IMG/VR virus record: IMGVR_UViG_3300038520_002118
Span: 1 to 57,628 of that record
Length of the DNA stretch: 57,628 bases
Direction: 5' to 3' (one strand)
From: a virus
Taxonomy: Duplodnaviria > Caudoviricetes
In this document: positions 18,616-27,775 of the stretch, in pieces
Layout: every line of letters starts with the position of its first letter
Numbering within the stretch: the first letter of the stretch is position 1
Position numbers and translations under genes: made by a program
Notes under the pieces: model-generated
Seen by the model: only the letters and a program-made list of their open reading frames with translations
Told to the model about the DNA's origin: nothing
Database searches by the model: none

Positions 18616-19018
18616 AAACTGTTCCTTGGAAAAGTTGATTGTGCAATCTTCTCCCAATGCCAGTCGGGGATGTATCACTCAGGATTACTGTTTCTGGATG
18701 AATCCAATCCTTGTAAGTGATGAGTTCACCTCTAGCCAATAAATTTTTGATAGCTTGACTCTTGGTCAACCCACGATTCTGCACAACACTTGCAACCATT
18801 CTCGCGTTCTTGACGCGAACATCTTGCCGCTTCTTGACCTGCTCTACATCGACACGTCTTGTGTACTTTCTTTTTGGCTTGGGAATACTAAGTGCCCCAG
18901 TCTTCACGTCCATTTTCTTCAGCAGATTCTCAAGGACTGCTTTGTGGTATGCGTGAAGCGTGAGCTTCTCATCGATGTTATCCAACTCCTGTTGGATTAT
19001 GTTTACTGCGTCAGACAT
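18605..19018 (-). CDS. Hypothetical basic protein
   Basis: GAGGAG RBS before MSDAV; coiled coil plus KPKRKYTRR. Confidence 0.65.
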   Translation of the reverse strand: MSDAVNIIQQELDNIDEKLTLHAYHKAVLENLLKKMDVKTGALSIPKPKRKYTRRVDVEQVKKRQDVRVKNARMVASVVQNRGLTKSQAIKNLLARGELITYKDWIHPETVILSDTSPTGIGRRLHNQLFQGTVYAK

Positions 19019-19889
19019 TATTACTCTCCTCAAATTGACTACAGAACTGAGCAACACCGCAGAAGTTTTCACAACAACGTGTCAACTCTGACGGGCGCTC
19101 TTCAAGATAAAGTGCAGATGCACCTTTTTGCTCTTTCATGTAAAGCTCAGCTAGCTTTGGATCATCAAAGAGTTTGACCGCAGACTTGCGGCCCTTCTTC
19201 ATGACAGCCCACTTGGCAGGCTTGGCCCACCGCTCTTCATCAGAGCACAGAGGTATGTCATTTATGAAGTCTGTTTGCGTGTTCTTATGCAGGAACACAC
19301 GGTTAGCAATGTACTCAGACTGCTCTTCAAAATCCCAGAGCGGTACATCGATAACTTGAATATTGGCATTCGGATAGTCTTTCTCTCTCTGTGATTTTCT
19401 GCGATTGAAATCACGAATGATTGCGATTATCTGTAATTTCTTGACAGGTAACTGTTTGGTTCTGGTTACAAGCCATGCATAACAGTTCAGTTGCTTCTCC
19501 CAATCAGGCTTATCATTCATGACAGCCCAAGCTGTACAGACCTTATAGTCCATGATCGACACAGAGCCGTCAGCTTCGTACTTCTGTACGTCAATCGCTC
19601 CAGACACCACCCAGTCGAATACATTCTGATACAGGCGCTCTTCGTAGACCTCATTGGGTTTTTCGTCAGTATCTTCTAACATCTGATGGACGGCAGTCCC
19701 GACCATGCTGAAAGTCATGTCGGTAATATCGCGTTGCATCTGGTCTTCATGACGCTGTTTGAGGATATTAATGCGAGGAGAATCGATCAGTGTTGTGACA
19801 CTGATATCTGCATTGCCTTTTGAATACTTGTTATTCTGAGCAACACGGATAAACTGCTCAGGAACATTGTGAACATTAGTAATTATCAT
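19011..19889 (-). CDS. PD-(D/E)XK (RecB/Cas4-like) exonuclease
   Basis: GTAVH, E, GAID, IMDYK, QLNCY motifs; C-terminal Cys cluster. Confidence 0.85.
   Translation of the reverse strand: MIITNVHNVPEQFIRVAQNNKYSKGNADISVTTLIDSPRINILKQRHEDQMQRDITDMTFSMVGTAVHQMLEDTDEKPNEVYEERLYQNVFDWVVSGAIDVQKYEADGSVSIMDYKVCTAWAVMNDKPDWEKQLNCYAWLVTRTKQLPVKKLQIIAIIRDFNRRKSQREKDYPNANIQVIDVPLWDFEEQSEYIANRVFLHKNTQTDFINDIPLCSDEERWAKPAKWAVMKKGRKSAVKLFDDPKLAELYMKEQKGASALYLEERPSELTRCCENFCGVAQFCSQFEESNNV
19108..19127. repeat. Dispersed palindrome site 6, intragenic (core GTGCAGATGCAC)
   Basis: AAAGTGCAGATGCACCTTTTT inside nuclease gene. Confidence 0.75.
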
Positions 19890-19919
19890 CCCGCCTCCCG
19901 ATAGGACTATGAGCTGTCA

Positions 19920-19947
19920 ATAGTAACAGGTATTGAAACTAATGCAA
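19920..19947 (-). promoter_or_regulatory. Possible sigma-70 promoter for leftward recombination operon
   Basis: Minus strand TTGCAT-16 nt-TACTAT with TG extension. Confidence 0.4.
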
Positions 19948-20325
19948 CCTAAAGATACAAAAGAAACAGACGTACTTATAACGATACTAGGGGAGCCTGC
20001 GAGTAAATCAAATTCACGTAGAATGGTATTGATAAGGGGTAAACCTCGATTGATCAAATCGAAAAAAGCTCTGGACTACTGCAAGGGATTCGCAGATCAA
20101 TGTCCGGTTCTGGACACCCTTATTGAGAGTGATGTTGCGGTGACGCTCGACATATATTACGCTTCTCGCAGGCCTGATCTGGATGAGTCAGTCATTCTGG
20201 ATGAGCTACAGGGGAGGGTGTACAAGAACGACAGGCAAGTAAAGGAGAAGCATGTCTTCTGGCATCTCGACAGAGATAATCCACGATCCGATATCCGCGT
20301 TAAAGTTATGGAGGGCGGTGATTAG
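19942..20325 (+). CDS. rusA: RusA-like Holliday junction resolvase
   Basis: GEPASKSN, RPDLD..ILD.LQ..NDRQV..NPR. Confidence 0.8.
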   Translation: MQPKDTKETDVLITILGEPASKSNSRRMVLIRGKPRLIKSKKALDYCKGFADQCPVLDTLIESDVAVTLDIYYASRRPDLDESVILDELQGRVYKNDRQVKEKHVFWHLDRDNPRSDIRVKVMEGGD

Positions 20326-20536
20326 TCAGGCTTTCACTGACGCATCGAGTGACAAGAGACATAATCGGGTTGCAGTGGCAACGTGGCTTCTTTGCAAAGA
20401 TTTTGAGACGGTCTGTGACCTTGCGTCCCTGAACCATCGAGTTATTAAAAAAGTATTGGCAACAATCCTTGCTGAAACACCTGATAGGGGGCAGGTGATC
20501 TGTAAAAAATTAATTACAACAATAGAAAACTTGTAA
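20252..20536 (+). CDS. Hypothetical phage protein
   Basis: LWRAVISQAFTDA..DFETVCDLA pattern. Confidence 0.65.
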   Translation: MSSGISTEIIHDPISALKLWRAVISQAFTDASSDKRHNRVAVATWLLCKDFETVCDLASLNHRVIKKVLATILAETPDRGQVICKKLITTIENL

Positions 20537-20549
20537 CACGGGAGGTTAC

Positions 20550-22310
20550 ATGAGCGACAATCTAGCTCTGAAGGAGTATGCAGACCACTTGCCTATTGGC
20601 GATCACAAGAAAGCCTGTCCACTCTGTTCACACACACGCAAGAAAAACAAGAACGATCTCTGTCTTTCACTCAAGGTCATGCCTGACCGCATGGTATTCA
20701 ATTGTTTCCATTGTCAAGAAAGTGGAGTCATTCAGTTTCGCGGGAGAGAAAAAGTGCAAGTGCACCAAATTGACCAACACAGAACACAAAAGTTAAACAT
20801 ACAACCGTTATCAGAAGAAGCTCTTAAGTGGTTGGAAAGTAGAGGGATATCAAAACAAGTAGCAAAGGACGCCAATCTTTTTTCCAGCGACCACTGGATC
20901 AACTCAGAGAATAGTAGAGTTCCTTGCATCGGATTCCCTTATGAGAGAGGGAGCATTACGGCAGGGGCCAAGATGCGCTCACTGGGTAGCAAAGGATTCT
21001 CATGCACGTCTGCATTGCAGTGGTTCTTCAATATCAATTCGATAGGGGACGGAGATTATTTTGTTATCTGCGAGGGTGAGATAGACGCCCTGTCGTTTGT
21101 GCAAGCGGGAATCAAGTCAGCGGTCAGTGTTCCGAATGGCGCTGTCGGGAAGGTCAAGACTGGCGCCATCAATCCAGAGGATGACAGGACCTTCAACTTC
21201 CTATGGGATGCAAAGGAGAAGCTGGACAACTCACGTAAGATAATCATAGCGACAGACGGGGACACCGCTGGTGATGCTATGGCAGAGGAGCTGGCAAGAA
21301 GAATTGGAAGAGATAGATGCTGGCGTATCGTTTACCCAGATGGATACAAGGATGCCAATGAAGTCCTTCTTGATTGTGGCGAGGAATCCCTTGTTGATCT
21401 GGTTGAGTCTGCTGAGCCTTGGCCAATCAAAGGTATATACGATGCATCGTTTTATTCTACTGAGGTTCAAGACATTTACTCTCACGGGCTTGGATCTGGA
21501 CTATCTACTGGGTATCAGAATCTGGATGACATATACACGGTAGCATCTGGACAACTTACTGTGGTCACAGGTATCCCCAGCTCTGGCAAGTCAGAGTTCA
21601 TAGATCAATTGATGATGAATCAGGCCAGACAGTTTGATAGCAAGTTCGCAGTGTGTTCTTTCGAGAACGAACCAAGACTGCACATTGCTAAGCTGGCTTC
21701 TAAATACATCCGTAAACCATTCTTCGATGGCATGAATGATCGAATGACGCAGGATGAGCTGGATGAGTCTATAAAGTTCGTAAACAAGCACTTCACATTC
21801 CTGTCGCACAATGATGGGAACCTCGTAGATCTGGATGACTTACTGGAAAGATTGAAGGTAGCAGTGATGCGGTTCGGGATCACGGGCGTGGTGATCGATC
21901 CATATAACTACATAAAGAAAGATACAGATAGAGAGACAGATTGGATCAGCGAGATGCTGACTAAGGTGAGGATGTTCGGACAGCACTACGACTGCCACAT
22001 CTGGTTTGTCGCGCATCCGACAAAGATGCAGAGAGAGAATGGCAAAACGCCAGTCCCGAAAGGATACGACATCTCAGGAAGTGCCGCATGGTTTGCCAAG
22101 GCAGACTGTGGCATCACAGTGCATAGGGAGTTTCAGTCTCCCAACACAGAGGTACATGTCTGGAAGTGCAGGTTTGCTTGGATAGGAAGGCAGGGCATCT
22201 GTGATCTGATCTACGATCCTGTCAGCACCTGTTACCGTGAGCATGGATTTGCAGACAGGTATATCAGCACAGAGAAAGCCGGTCCATCAGACTTCCCTGC
22301 CCCATTCTAA
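20550..22310 (+). CDS. DNA primase-helicase (Zn finger + TOPRIM + SF4 helicase)
   Basis: CPLC/CFHC, ICEGEID, DGDTAG, KDANE, GIPSSGKS Walker A, VVIDP, VAHP, DISGS. Confidence 0.93.
   Translation: MSDNLALKEYADHLPIGDHKKACPLCSHTRKKNKNDLCLSLKVMPDRMVFNCFHCQESGVIQFRGREKVQVHQIDQHRTQKLNIQPLSEEALKWLESRGISKQVAKDANLFSSDHWINSENSRVPCIGFPYERGSITAGAKMRSLGSKGFSCTSALQWFFNINSIGDGDYFVICEGEIDALSFVQAGIKSAVSVPNGAVGKVKTGAINPEDDRTFNFLWDAKEKLDNSRKIIIATDGDTAGDAMAEELARRIGRDRCWRIVYPDGYKDANEVLLDCGEESLVDLVESAEPWPIKGIYDASFYSTEVQDIYSHGLGSGLSTGYQNLDDIYTVASGQLTVVTGIPSSGKSEFIDQLMMNQARQFDSKFAVCSFENEPRLHIAKLASKYIRKPFFDGMNDRMTQDELDESIKFVNKHFTFLSHNDGNLVDLDDLLERLKVAVMRFGITGVVIDPYNYIKKDTDRETDWISEMLTKVRMFGQHYDCHIWFVAHPTKMQRENGKTPVPKGYDISGSAAWFAKADCGITVHREFQSPNTEVHVWKCRFAWIGRQGICDLIYDPVSTCYREHGFADRYISTEKAGPSDFPAPF
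20750..20769. repeat. Dispersed palindrome site 7, intragenic (core GTGCAAGTGCAC)
   Basis: AAAAAGTGCAAGTGCAC; right flank degenerate. Confidence 0.55.
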
Positions 22311-22329
22311 AAAGTGCATGTGAACTTTT
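22310..22329. repeat. Dispersed palindrome site 8 (core GTGCATGTGAAC)
   Basis: Fills the entire gap between helicase stop and next ATG. Confidence 0.9.
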
Positions 22330-22521
22330 ATGTGGGGAGCTAGACAAGATCCAATGGATGCTTTAGATGATGCTAAGGCGATGATGTTAAGGGAATTCAC
22401 TGGAGAGATACACATCACTCGAACCCATCAAGGGTACAGAGCAGTCCATCCAGACCAAAAACATTACGGCACTGTGATGGCTGTCCTTCAGCGCGACATG
22501 TTGCAGTCTGATCTGATTTGA
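22330..22521 (+). CDS. Hypothetical protein
   Basis: Short ORF after helicase; start uncertain. Confidence 0.5.
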   Translation: MWGARQDPMDALDDAKAMMLREFTGEIHITRTHQGYRAVHPDQKHYGTVMAVLQRDMLQSDLI

Positions 22522-22534
22522 CTTTTCTCAAGGC

Positions 22535-22572
22535 AAAAAAAAAGGCGCTCCAGTCGGGAAACCGGAGCGCCT
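22535..22572 (-). terminator. Intrinsic terminator of minus-strand early operon
   Basis: AGGCGCTCCGG..CTGGAGCGCC followed by T9. Confidence 0.85.
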
Positions 22573-22574
22573 AG

Positions 22575-22760
22575 CTATTCGATAGATTCACTGTACTATA
22601 AGCCGCAGTCTCATCGTGTGGGATTGCAGTCCCAAGACCACGGTGCGCGACACAATTTTAGATCTTCCCAAGCCTGTGAAATACTCAAGGGGTCAGGCAA
22701 GGTCAGACATCTATCGCCTTCGGCACGTAGCTACCGTGCACTTGGAGGTAGTCGCGCCCC
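22575..22760 (-). ncRNA. Candidate structured RNA in 3' trailer of early operon
   Basis: Hand-paired stems GCGCGAC/GUCGCGC and CCGUGGUCUU/GAGACUGCGG with inner hairpins; no credible ORF. Confidence 0.45.
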
Positions 22761-22762
22761 CA

Positions 22763-23755
22763 TTAAAGCGCAAGCTGATCGAGCACAGCACTCTTGAGTC
22801 TTCTCTCATAAAGACTCTTGGCCTGACGGATCGTGATTCCTGTCCCCTCGATAGGAACCTCATAACCATCCTCATCCTCTGTGCATACTGAGTCATTGAT
22901 AACATGATAATAGTGGATGTGTACAGGTATCTTCTTCCGCACCTTTTCAATGTCCCTTTCGAGTTCATTGATAATCGCGTGATACTCTGTAGAACTCCAG
23001 TTCTCTTCTCGCGCCCTAGTGCTTGCTATACGCATCTGATCTTTGAGATGGTTAGCCCAAGCCAAAGGAGCCCGACCGAATCCAGAAAACTTGTGGATCG
23101 TGCACTCATCCAGACCGTGAGGCTTGGAGGGAATGAGCCTGCCATCAACATTGAAGATGGTCTCTTTGCTGACAGTCACGGTAGCAAGTCGACTACCCAC
23201 ACGATGTGGCCAAAGGTGAGAGATATATGCTGTAAACCGCTTGTAGTCCGAAGATGACATGACTCTTGGTACGTCATCTTCGAGAGCGCGATTCCCGAAT
23301 GACTGAACCTCGACAGACATTCTGTCTACCCAGTGCGGAGTGTCCCGATTGAACTCTCTCCATGCGCTATTGTGAACAGACTCTTTTATCTCCGCCAGAC
23401 GATCATTCCAATTGTAAGACGCAGGCGCCCTCTCACTGACACGTATGTCCTGAATGGTTGCCGCATAGCTCTGGATCGTCCTGACACAGTCAAGCCATGT
23501 CTTGCGTCCCAGCCTTTTGGCTGAGACCAGCATATAATCGCTAGCCTCCCATTGCCGAATGACATTCTTGATCGCTGTGCAGAACTCGACCTCATCATCT
23601 GATTTACGGAGCATCTCCAACCAGTCAGCATTCTGATCCCTGTCAAACACGATCCACTTGATCAGGTTCGGAGGGATCCCCAGATATTTGGCCCTGACTT
23701 GAATCATCTCATTCAACATCGGAACCATGTTCCTCTTTGTGAAATTGTCTTGCAT
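22763..23755 (-). CDS. Hypothetical protein
   Basis: 330-aa ORF with GAGG RBS. Confidence 0.8.
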   Translation of the reverse strand: MQDNFTKRNMVPMLNEMIQVRAKYLGIPPNLIKWIVFDRDQNADWLEMLRKSDDEVEFCTAIKNVIRQWEASDYMLVSAKRLGRKTWLDCVRTIQSYAATIQDIRVSERAPASYNWNDRLAEIKESVHNSAWREFNRDTPHWVDRMSVEVQSFGNRALEDDVPRVMSSSDYKRFTAYISHLWPHRVGSRLATVTVSKETIFNVDGRLIPSKPHGLDECTIHKFSGFGRAPLAWANHLKDQMRIASTRAREENWSSTEYHAIINELERDIEKVRKKIPVHIHYYHVINDSVCTEDEDGYEVPIEGTGITIRQAKSLYERRLKSAVLDQLAL

Positions 23756-23781
23756 AATCGTTTCCTCATGTTGGTTTGTTA

Positions 23782-23831
23782 CGGCCAGTCAGACCGAGCA
23801 TGTGCCCCGCAGGGCACATGGGCAGGTGACT
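23782..23831 (-). ncRNA. Repeated intergenic structured element, copy A
   Basis: AGUCA CCUGCC [CAUGUGCCC UGCG GGGCACAUG] CUCGGUC UGACU GGCCG. Confidence 0.75.
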
Positions 23832-24126
23832 AAGCATTGTTTGCCTGAGTCCGGTTTTCTTCTTTCCTTCTTTGGAATTCTTTCTTGGCGAACTCTCTTG
23901 CGGCATAGATACCCTCATCAGCATTCAGACCATCAGCTAGCTTTTCAGCTATCTTGGTCAGCTTGAGCCGTATGTCCAGCTCTTGCCTCGCAGTTCGGAA
24001 ATCGAACTCGTCTGTGTATACGATGCCTAAGATTCTTCTGACAGCGGCTTCATGTGCTTCCGCTTTCACGCCAAGGAATTCCTTCGGAGGGATCCCCATT
24101 CTGGTTAGCATGTCATTCATGTTCAT
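23830..24126 (-). CDS. Hypothetical protein
   Basis: ORF with GGAG RBS, stop abuts element A. Confidence 0.7.
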   Translation of the reverse strand: MNMNDMLTRMGIPPKEFLGVKAEAHEAAVRRILGIVYTDEFDFRTARQELDIRLKLTKIAEKLADGLNADEGIYAAREFAKKEFQRRKEENRTQANNA

Positions 24127-24367
24127 GATTTGTCTCCACTTTCACAACTTCGAAATCATCAGATACGTGGTTGAATACGAACCACTGAAGGCAGTCCTCG
24201 ACTGTGTAACAGTACAGCTTGGTCTGTTCATCATCGTTACAGTGGAGCACAGCATGTGCCTTGCTTGGGCCAGCTCCCGCTTGATAGAAATCATCCTCGA
24301 TGTCCCTGTAGGTTTCTACCTCATAGACATCGGCACGGATGATAGTTAGTCCTCTTGGTGTGCTCAT
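24113..24367 (-). CDS. Hypothetical protein
   Basis: Start MSTPRG after GAGGAG RBS. Confidence 0.7.
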   Translation of the reverse strand: MSTPRGLTIIRADVYEVETYRDIEDDFYQAGAGPSKAHAVLHCNDDEQTKLYCYTVEDCLQWFVFNHVSDDFEVVKVETNHEHE

Positions 24368-24392
24368 AGTATTTCTCCTCTTATGTTCACAA

Positions 24393-24448
24393 CGGTCTAG
24401 TGAGACCGATCCAGTGCCCGATACACAGACACTGGGGCAGGTCACTAG
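24393..24448 (-). ncRNA. Repeated intergenic structured element, copy B
   Basis: CUAGUGA CCUGCC [CCAGUGUCUG UGUAU CGGGCACUGG] AUCGGUC UCACUA GACCG. Confidence 0.75.
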
Positions 24449-24552
24449 AACTTCCATTTATCCTCATCATCAGAAAGCCAGAAGGCCACAAGGCCAACTG
24501 CGTAGACAAGGCAAATCAAAGCAACGGATGCAAAGCTGGTGTATTCAGTCAT
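24445..24552 (-). CDS. 35-aa single-TM protein (not in ORF track)
   Basis: MTEYTSFASVALICLVYAVGLVAFWLSDDEDKWKF; ATGA-coupled, stop abuts element B. Confidence 0.65.
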   Translation of the reverse strand: MTEYTSFASVALICLVYAVGLVAFWLSDDEDKWKF

Positions 24553-24824
24553 CTCGATGTACTCCAAGGATTAGTGGATTTATCCCTCATCTTTTTGAGG
24601 AACTCCTCACTGTAGGCGCTCTTGCGGTCTGCAACCATGCCTGACTCCTTCAGGTAATTGATAGCGTTAGTCAGCTCTTCAATATCCTGATGCATCTCAG
24701 CCACGGTGTCAGGGTCAGAGATCAAGTGAGTAACCTTGTAGGTCAGGTCATCTACGTGAGACACGCAGTTATCTACCAGTACTCGAATGGCGCTCTGGAT
24801 AGCGCCCTCATGAAGTTCGGTCAT
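24549..24824 (-). CDS. Hypothetical protein
   Basis: Start MTELHE after GGAG RBS. Confidence 0.7.
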   Translation of the reverse strand: MTELHEGAIQSAIRVLVDNCVSHVDDLTYKVTHLISDPDTVAEMHQDIEELTNAINYLKESGMVADRKSAYSEEFLKKMRDKSTNPWSTSR

Positions 24825-24836
24825 ATCATTCTCCAA

Positions 24837-24856
24837 AAAAGTTCATATGCACTTTT
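24837..24856. repeat. Dispersed palindrome site 9 (core GTTCATATGCAC)
   Basis: AAAAAAGTTCATATGCACTTTTT in short intergenic gap. Confidence 0.9.
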
Positions 24857-24864
24857 TGACATGG

Positions 24865-25998
24865 TCAGCTTACGCTGACCACATCTCCGAATGGTGCGGC
24901 TGTACCGCCAGTGGATACCCATAGCACCGGATAGTCAGGTGCCTGTGGGAAATCACCTACGTACAGGTCTGTGAAGTACACCATAGAATCGACAGGCAGG
25001 TTTTGCTCATCAATGTAATTGAAGGCAGGTGTGACCCGTGTGCCGCCACGGCCCTTGGCATTGAGTGACTCGATCACCTCACCCTCATAGTACGTAGTCA
25101 CAGACTGTACCTGAGTGTCGCAGGTGATGATCGTCACAGACGTTGGGCACATGTCCTCAGAGATCGCATTCAGCTCACTGAGATACATGTTCAGCTCTTC
25201 CTGCGAAACAGAACAGGAGGAGTCGATCACAGCCACGATGTTGCCCACACCATTGTGTTCGACACTGGGCATGTAAATGCCACAGGAGGCCAGCATCTTG
25301 CGATTGGGCTTCCGCATGGTGTAGTCATCAGGCTGATCACCTCCCACGAACAGACGCAACTTGTCACGCCAGTCAACCTTGTTAGTGGTCAACACATTGA
25401 CCAGTTCATCAAGGCCAGCGGGTATCTTGCCGATATTCTTGGCAGTGGTAGCGGCCTGCATGACCAGACGATTTGCCTGTGCCTCCATCTCCTCAAGCTC
25501 CTCGCCAGTAACAGGCTCACCGTCACTGTTGGTAGGTTGCTTGATATCACCGAACCTCCAGCCCTCGCCCTTAGGACGATCAGCAGTGTTCAGCAGGCGG
25601 GGATAGATTGCCTCAGCCGACATGCCTTTGTACTGCGGATCGAACAAACCCTCAGGCGGCATCTCCAAATCGCTGTCGATACAGATCTGGTTGATGGCAT
25701 AGTCAGTCGCCATGTTCCAGACCTCATGGTCACGTCCATCACACCGCATCGGATGCTTGAGTGCCACATGCATGATCTCATGCACAACCACGAACAGCAC
25801 CTGCTCGAAAGGGAGCCGCATGACAAAGTCAGGATTGTAGTCCACTGTCCTGCCATCGGTGCACATCGTAGGGATTGATGAGTCCTCAATGAACTGCATA
25901 CCCATAGCGATGGCGCCAAAGAATGGATGCTTGATCATCAAGCGGGTCTTGACCCGCGAGATGACGAACTGGGCATCCTGATTGAGTGCCTGAATCAT
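24865..25998 (-). CDS. DUF2201-family metallopeptidase + VWA domain protein
   Basis: TMCTDG, HEIMH (HExxH), D.AIN; MIDAS DSSCS, GRGGT, FTD. Confidence 0.9.
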   Translation of the reverse strand: MIQALNQDAQFVISRVKTRLMIKHPFFGAIAMGMQFIEDSSIPTMCTDGRTVDYNPDFVMRLPFEQVLFVVVHEIMHVALKHPMRCDGRDHEVWNMATDYAINQICIDSDLEMPPEGLFDPQYKGMSAEAIYPRLLNTADRPKGEGWRFGDIKQPTNSDGEPVTGEELEEMEAQANRLVMQAATTAKNIGKIPAGLDELVNVLTTNKVDWRDKLRLFVGGDQPDDYTMRKPNRKMLASCGIYMPSVEHNGVGNIVAVIDSSCSVSQEELNMYLSELNAISEDMCPTSVTIITCDTQVQSVTTYYEGEVIESLNAKGRGGTRVTPAFNYIDEQNLPVDSMVYFTDLYVGDFPQAPDYPVLWVSTGGTAAPFGDVVSVS

Positions 25999-27050
25999 GA
26001 TGCTTTCTCCTCGAGTACCAGAAGCTTCGCGTCACCAGTAAGCCAGTCACGCACCTCTTTGACATCGTGAGCCCACTTGCGGATCTCAGCCTTGCCATTG
26101 AGATTGACCACGGTCTTCATGGCGAACGCACTGTACTCCTGCGCTGGGATACGGTTGATGAACCGAACCAGATTGGCAGACGTGGACTTCTTGACCCGAT
26201 AGGCAAGGGATGCACACAGGGCATATGCCATTGCAGGCTCAGAAGGGATCTCAGCATTGTCTGGATCAGTGAACGGGGCATCGATGTCAGGCATCGCATC
26301 ACACATTTGCAGGTGCACCTCGAACATGGCCGTAGTGCCCTCACCCAGAGTCCCGCACAAAGCGATGTGCTGGGCCATTGGGCTCAGCTTCCAAGACAGG
26401 ATCTGGTGAGCCTTCTCCCAAGAGCGAGGGGATGGACATGCATTCACGTCCTTGTCGAACTTGGACAGGTGCTCAGGCTGGAAGCGCAGGAAGCTTAGGA
26501 TGCGATTGTCGATACCATTGGTTGCCATGTACTGGAGCGCATCATCAAGGTCAGGCACGATGGTGATGTGCAACAGACGATCCTTGAGGTGAGAAGGCAT
26601 GGCGTTGGTACCAGCACGATGGTGCATCTGGTTGCCAGCACAGACCACAGTCCAGCCGTCAGGCAGAACGTGCTCACCGATACGGCGCTCATTGACTAGT
26701 TGACCAATGATGTTCTGGTTGGCCACAGGAGCCTGTGGCAGTTCATCCACGAACAAGATACCGACACCCTCAGTGGGCAGATACTGTGGACGCAGACGGA
26801 TCATACGATCACCCTGAGCCCAAGGCAGACCGCCCAGCTCACCAGCGTCATACTGGTTGGCACGGAAGTCCATGAAGCTGATCCCCATGTCCTGTGCCAA
26901 AGCCTCGACAGATGCTGTCTTACCAGCACCAGCCACACCCCAAAGCATCGGGGTCACGTACTGGCTTGAACGGCCAGTCAATTGCTGATTTGCCAGAACA
27001 CTGGCGCGAACGATTTCCACAGCAGTGGATAGGTTTGTAGTTTGGTTCAT
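25995..27050 (-). CDS. MoxR/AAA_5-type AAA+ ATPase
   Basis: GVAGAGKT Walker A, ILFVDE Walker B, AGN sensor I, SPRSW. Confidence 0.9.
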   Translation of the reverse strand: MNQTTNLSTAVEIVRASVLANQQLTGRSSQYVTPMLWGVAGAGKTASVEALAQDMGISFMDFRANQYDAGELGGLPWAQGDRMIRLRPQYLPTEGVGILFVDELPQAPVANQNIIGQLVNERRIGEHVLPDGWTVVCAGNQMHHRAGTNAMPSHLKDRLLHITIVPDLDDALQYMATNGIDNRILSFLRFQPEHLSKFDKDVNACPSPRSWEKAHQILSWKLSPMAQHIALCGTLGEGTTAMFEVHLQMCDAMPDIDAPFTDPDNAEIPSEPAMAYALCASLAYRVKKSTSANLVRFINRIPAQEYSAFAMKTVVNLNGKAEIRKWAHDVKEVRDWLTGDAKLLVLEEKAS

Positions 27051-27071
27051 TGTTACTCTCCCATTGGAAAA

Positions 27072-27091
27072 AAAAGTGCACATGCACTTTT
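27072..27091. repeat. Dispersed palindrome site 10 (core GTGCACATGCAC)
   Basis: Between element C and RBS of AAA gene. Confidence 0.9.
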
Positions 27092-27092
27092 C

Positions 27093-27146
27093 CGGTCAGT
27101 CAGACCGATCATGCACACCACAGGGATGTGCATGGGCAGGTGACTG
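27093..27146 (-). ncRNA. Repeated intergenic structured element, copy C
   Basis: CAGUCA CCUGCC [CAUGCACAUC CCUGU GGUGUGCAUG] AUCGGUC UGACU GACCG. Confidence 0.75.
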
Positions 27147-27148
27147 GA

Positions 27149-27742
27149 TTAGTCATCAAGGGTATCGAGCATCGCGTCAACATCATCAGCGACAGCGTCA
27201 CCCCTTGCCTTTGCCGCCTCCTCAGCGGCCTTGTCCTCCTGCATCTCGCGGACTACCTCAAGCAGGCGATTGTACTCAGCCTCATCGAGCTTGAGGATTT
27301 GCTCAGCCAGCTTGTGGACCTTGTCCGCTTCAGGCTTGAACTTGTCAACCAGCTTGCCTTGTGAGGTGATACCAGCGGCATCCAGAGTCAGGGCGACAGA
27401 CACAGAGTCTGTGCACTCCATCAACTCAGGCATGACAGGCAGAAGCTTCTGCACGTTCTCTGAGTAACGCTTGACGTTGGAACCGGAGACACCGGCATCC
27501 TCAAGCTGTTGACGCAGAGCCTCCATGACCTTGACAGGAAGACCTTTCTTCTTGCCACGGCTGACCAGCTTGACGCCAGACACAGCGATGTCAGCAATGA
27601 TGTGCTGGTAGGCAGTCATGACCGCCTCCTGCCGCTCATTTGAAAGATCAGCCGCCTTGGCCTTGAGGCCTTGCTCCGCAGAGATAGCCTGTGCAATTTC
27701 AGTAGCTGAAGCGAGAGTGAATTGTACTTTTGAGTTTGCCAT
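27149..27742 (-). CDS. Hypothetical helical protein
   Basis: Start MANSKV after GGAGGG RBS; Ala-rich. Confidence 0.8.
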   Translation of the reverse strand: MANSKVQFTLASATEIAQAISAEQGLKAKAADLSNERQEAVMTAYQHIIADIAVSGVKLVSRGKKKGLPVKVMEALRQQLEDAGVSGSNVKRYSENVQKLLPVMPELMECTDSVSVALTLDAAGITSQGKLVDKFKPEADKVHKLAEQILKLDEAEYNRLLEVVREMQEDKAAEEAAKARGDAVADDVDAMLDTLDD

Positions 27743-27775
27743 GGGAAATCCCTCCATATTGGCTTGGTTTGAAAA

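Noticed and set aside
22619-22634. tRNA-Cys or tmRNA
   Set aside because: 6-nt loop, no T-arm (TTCG/TTCA) or CCA acceptor end
25255-25878. Long antisense ORFs (also 2972-3517, 35662-36177, 48522-49169 and others)
   Set aside because: Shadows of well-supported genes on the opposite strand, with no RBS or motifs
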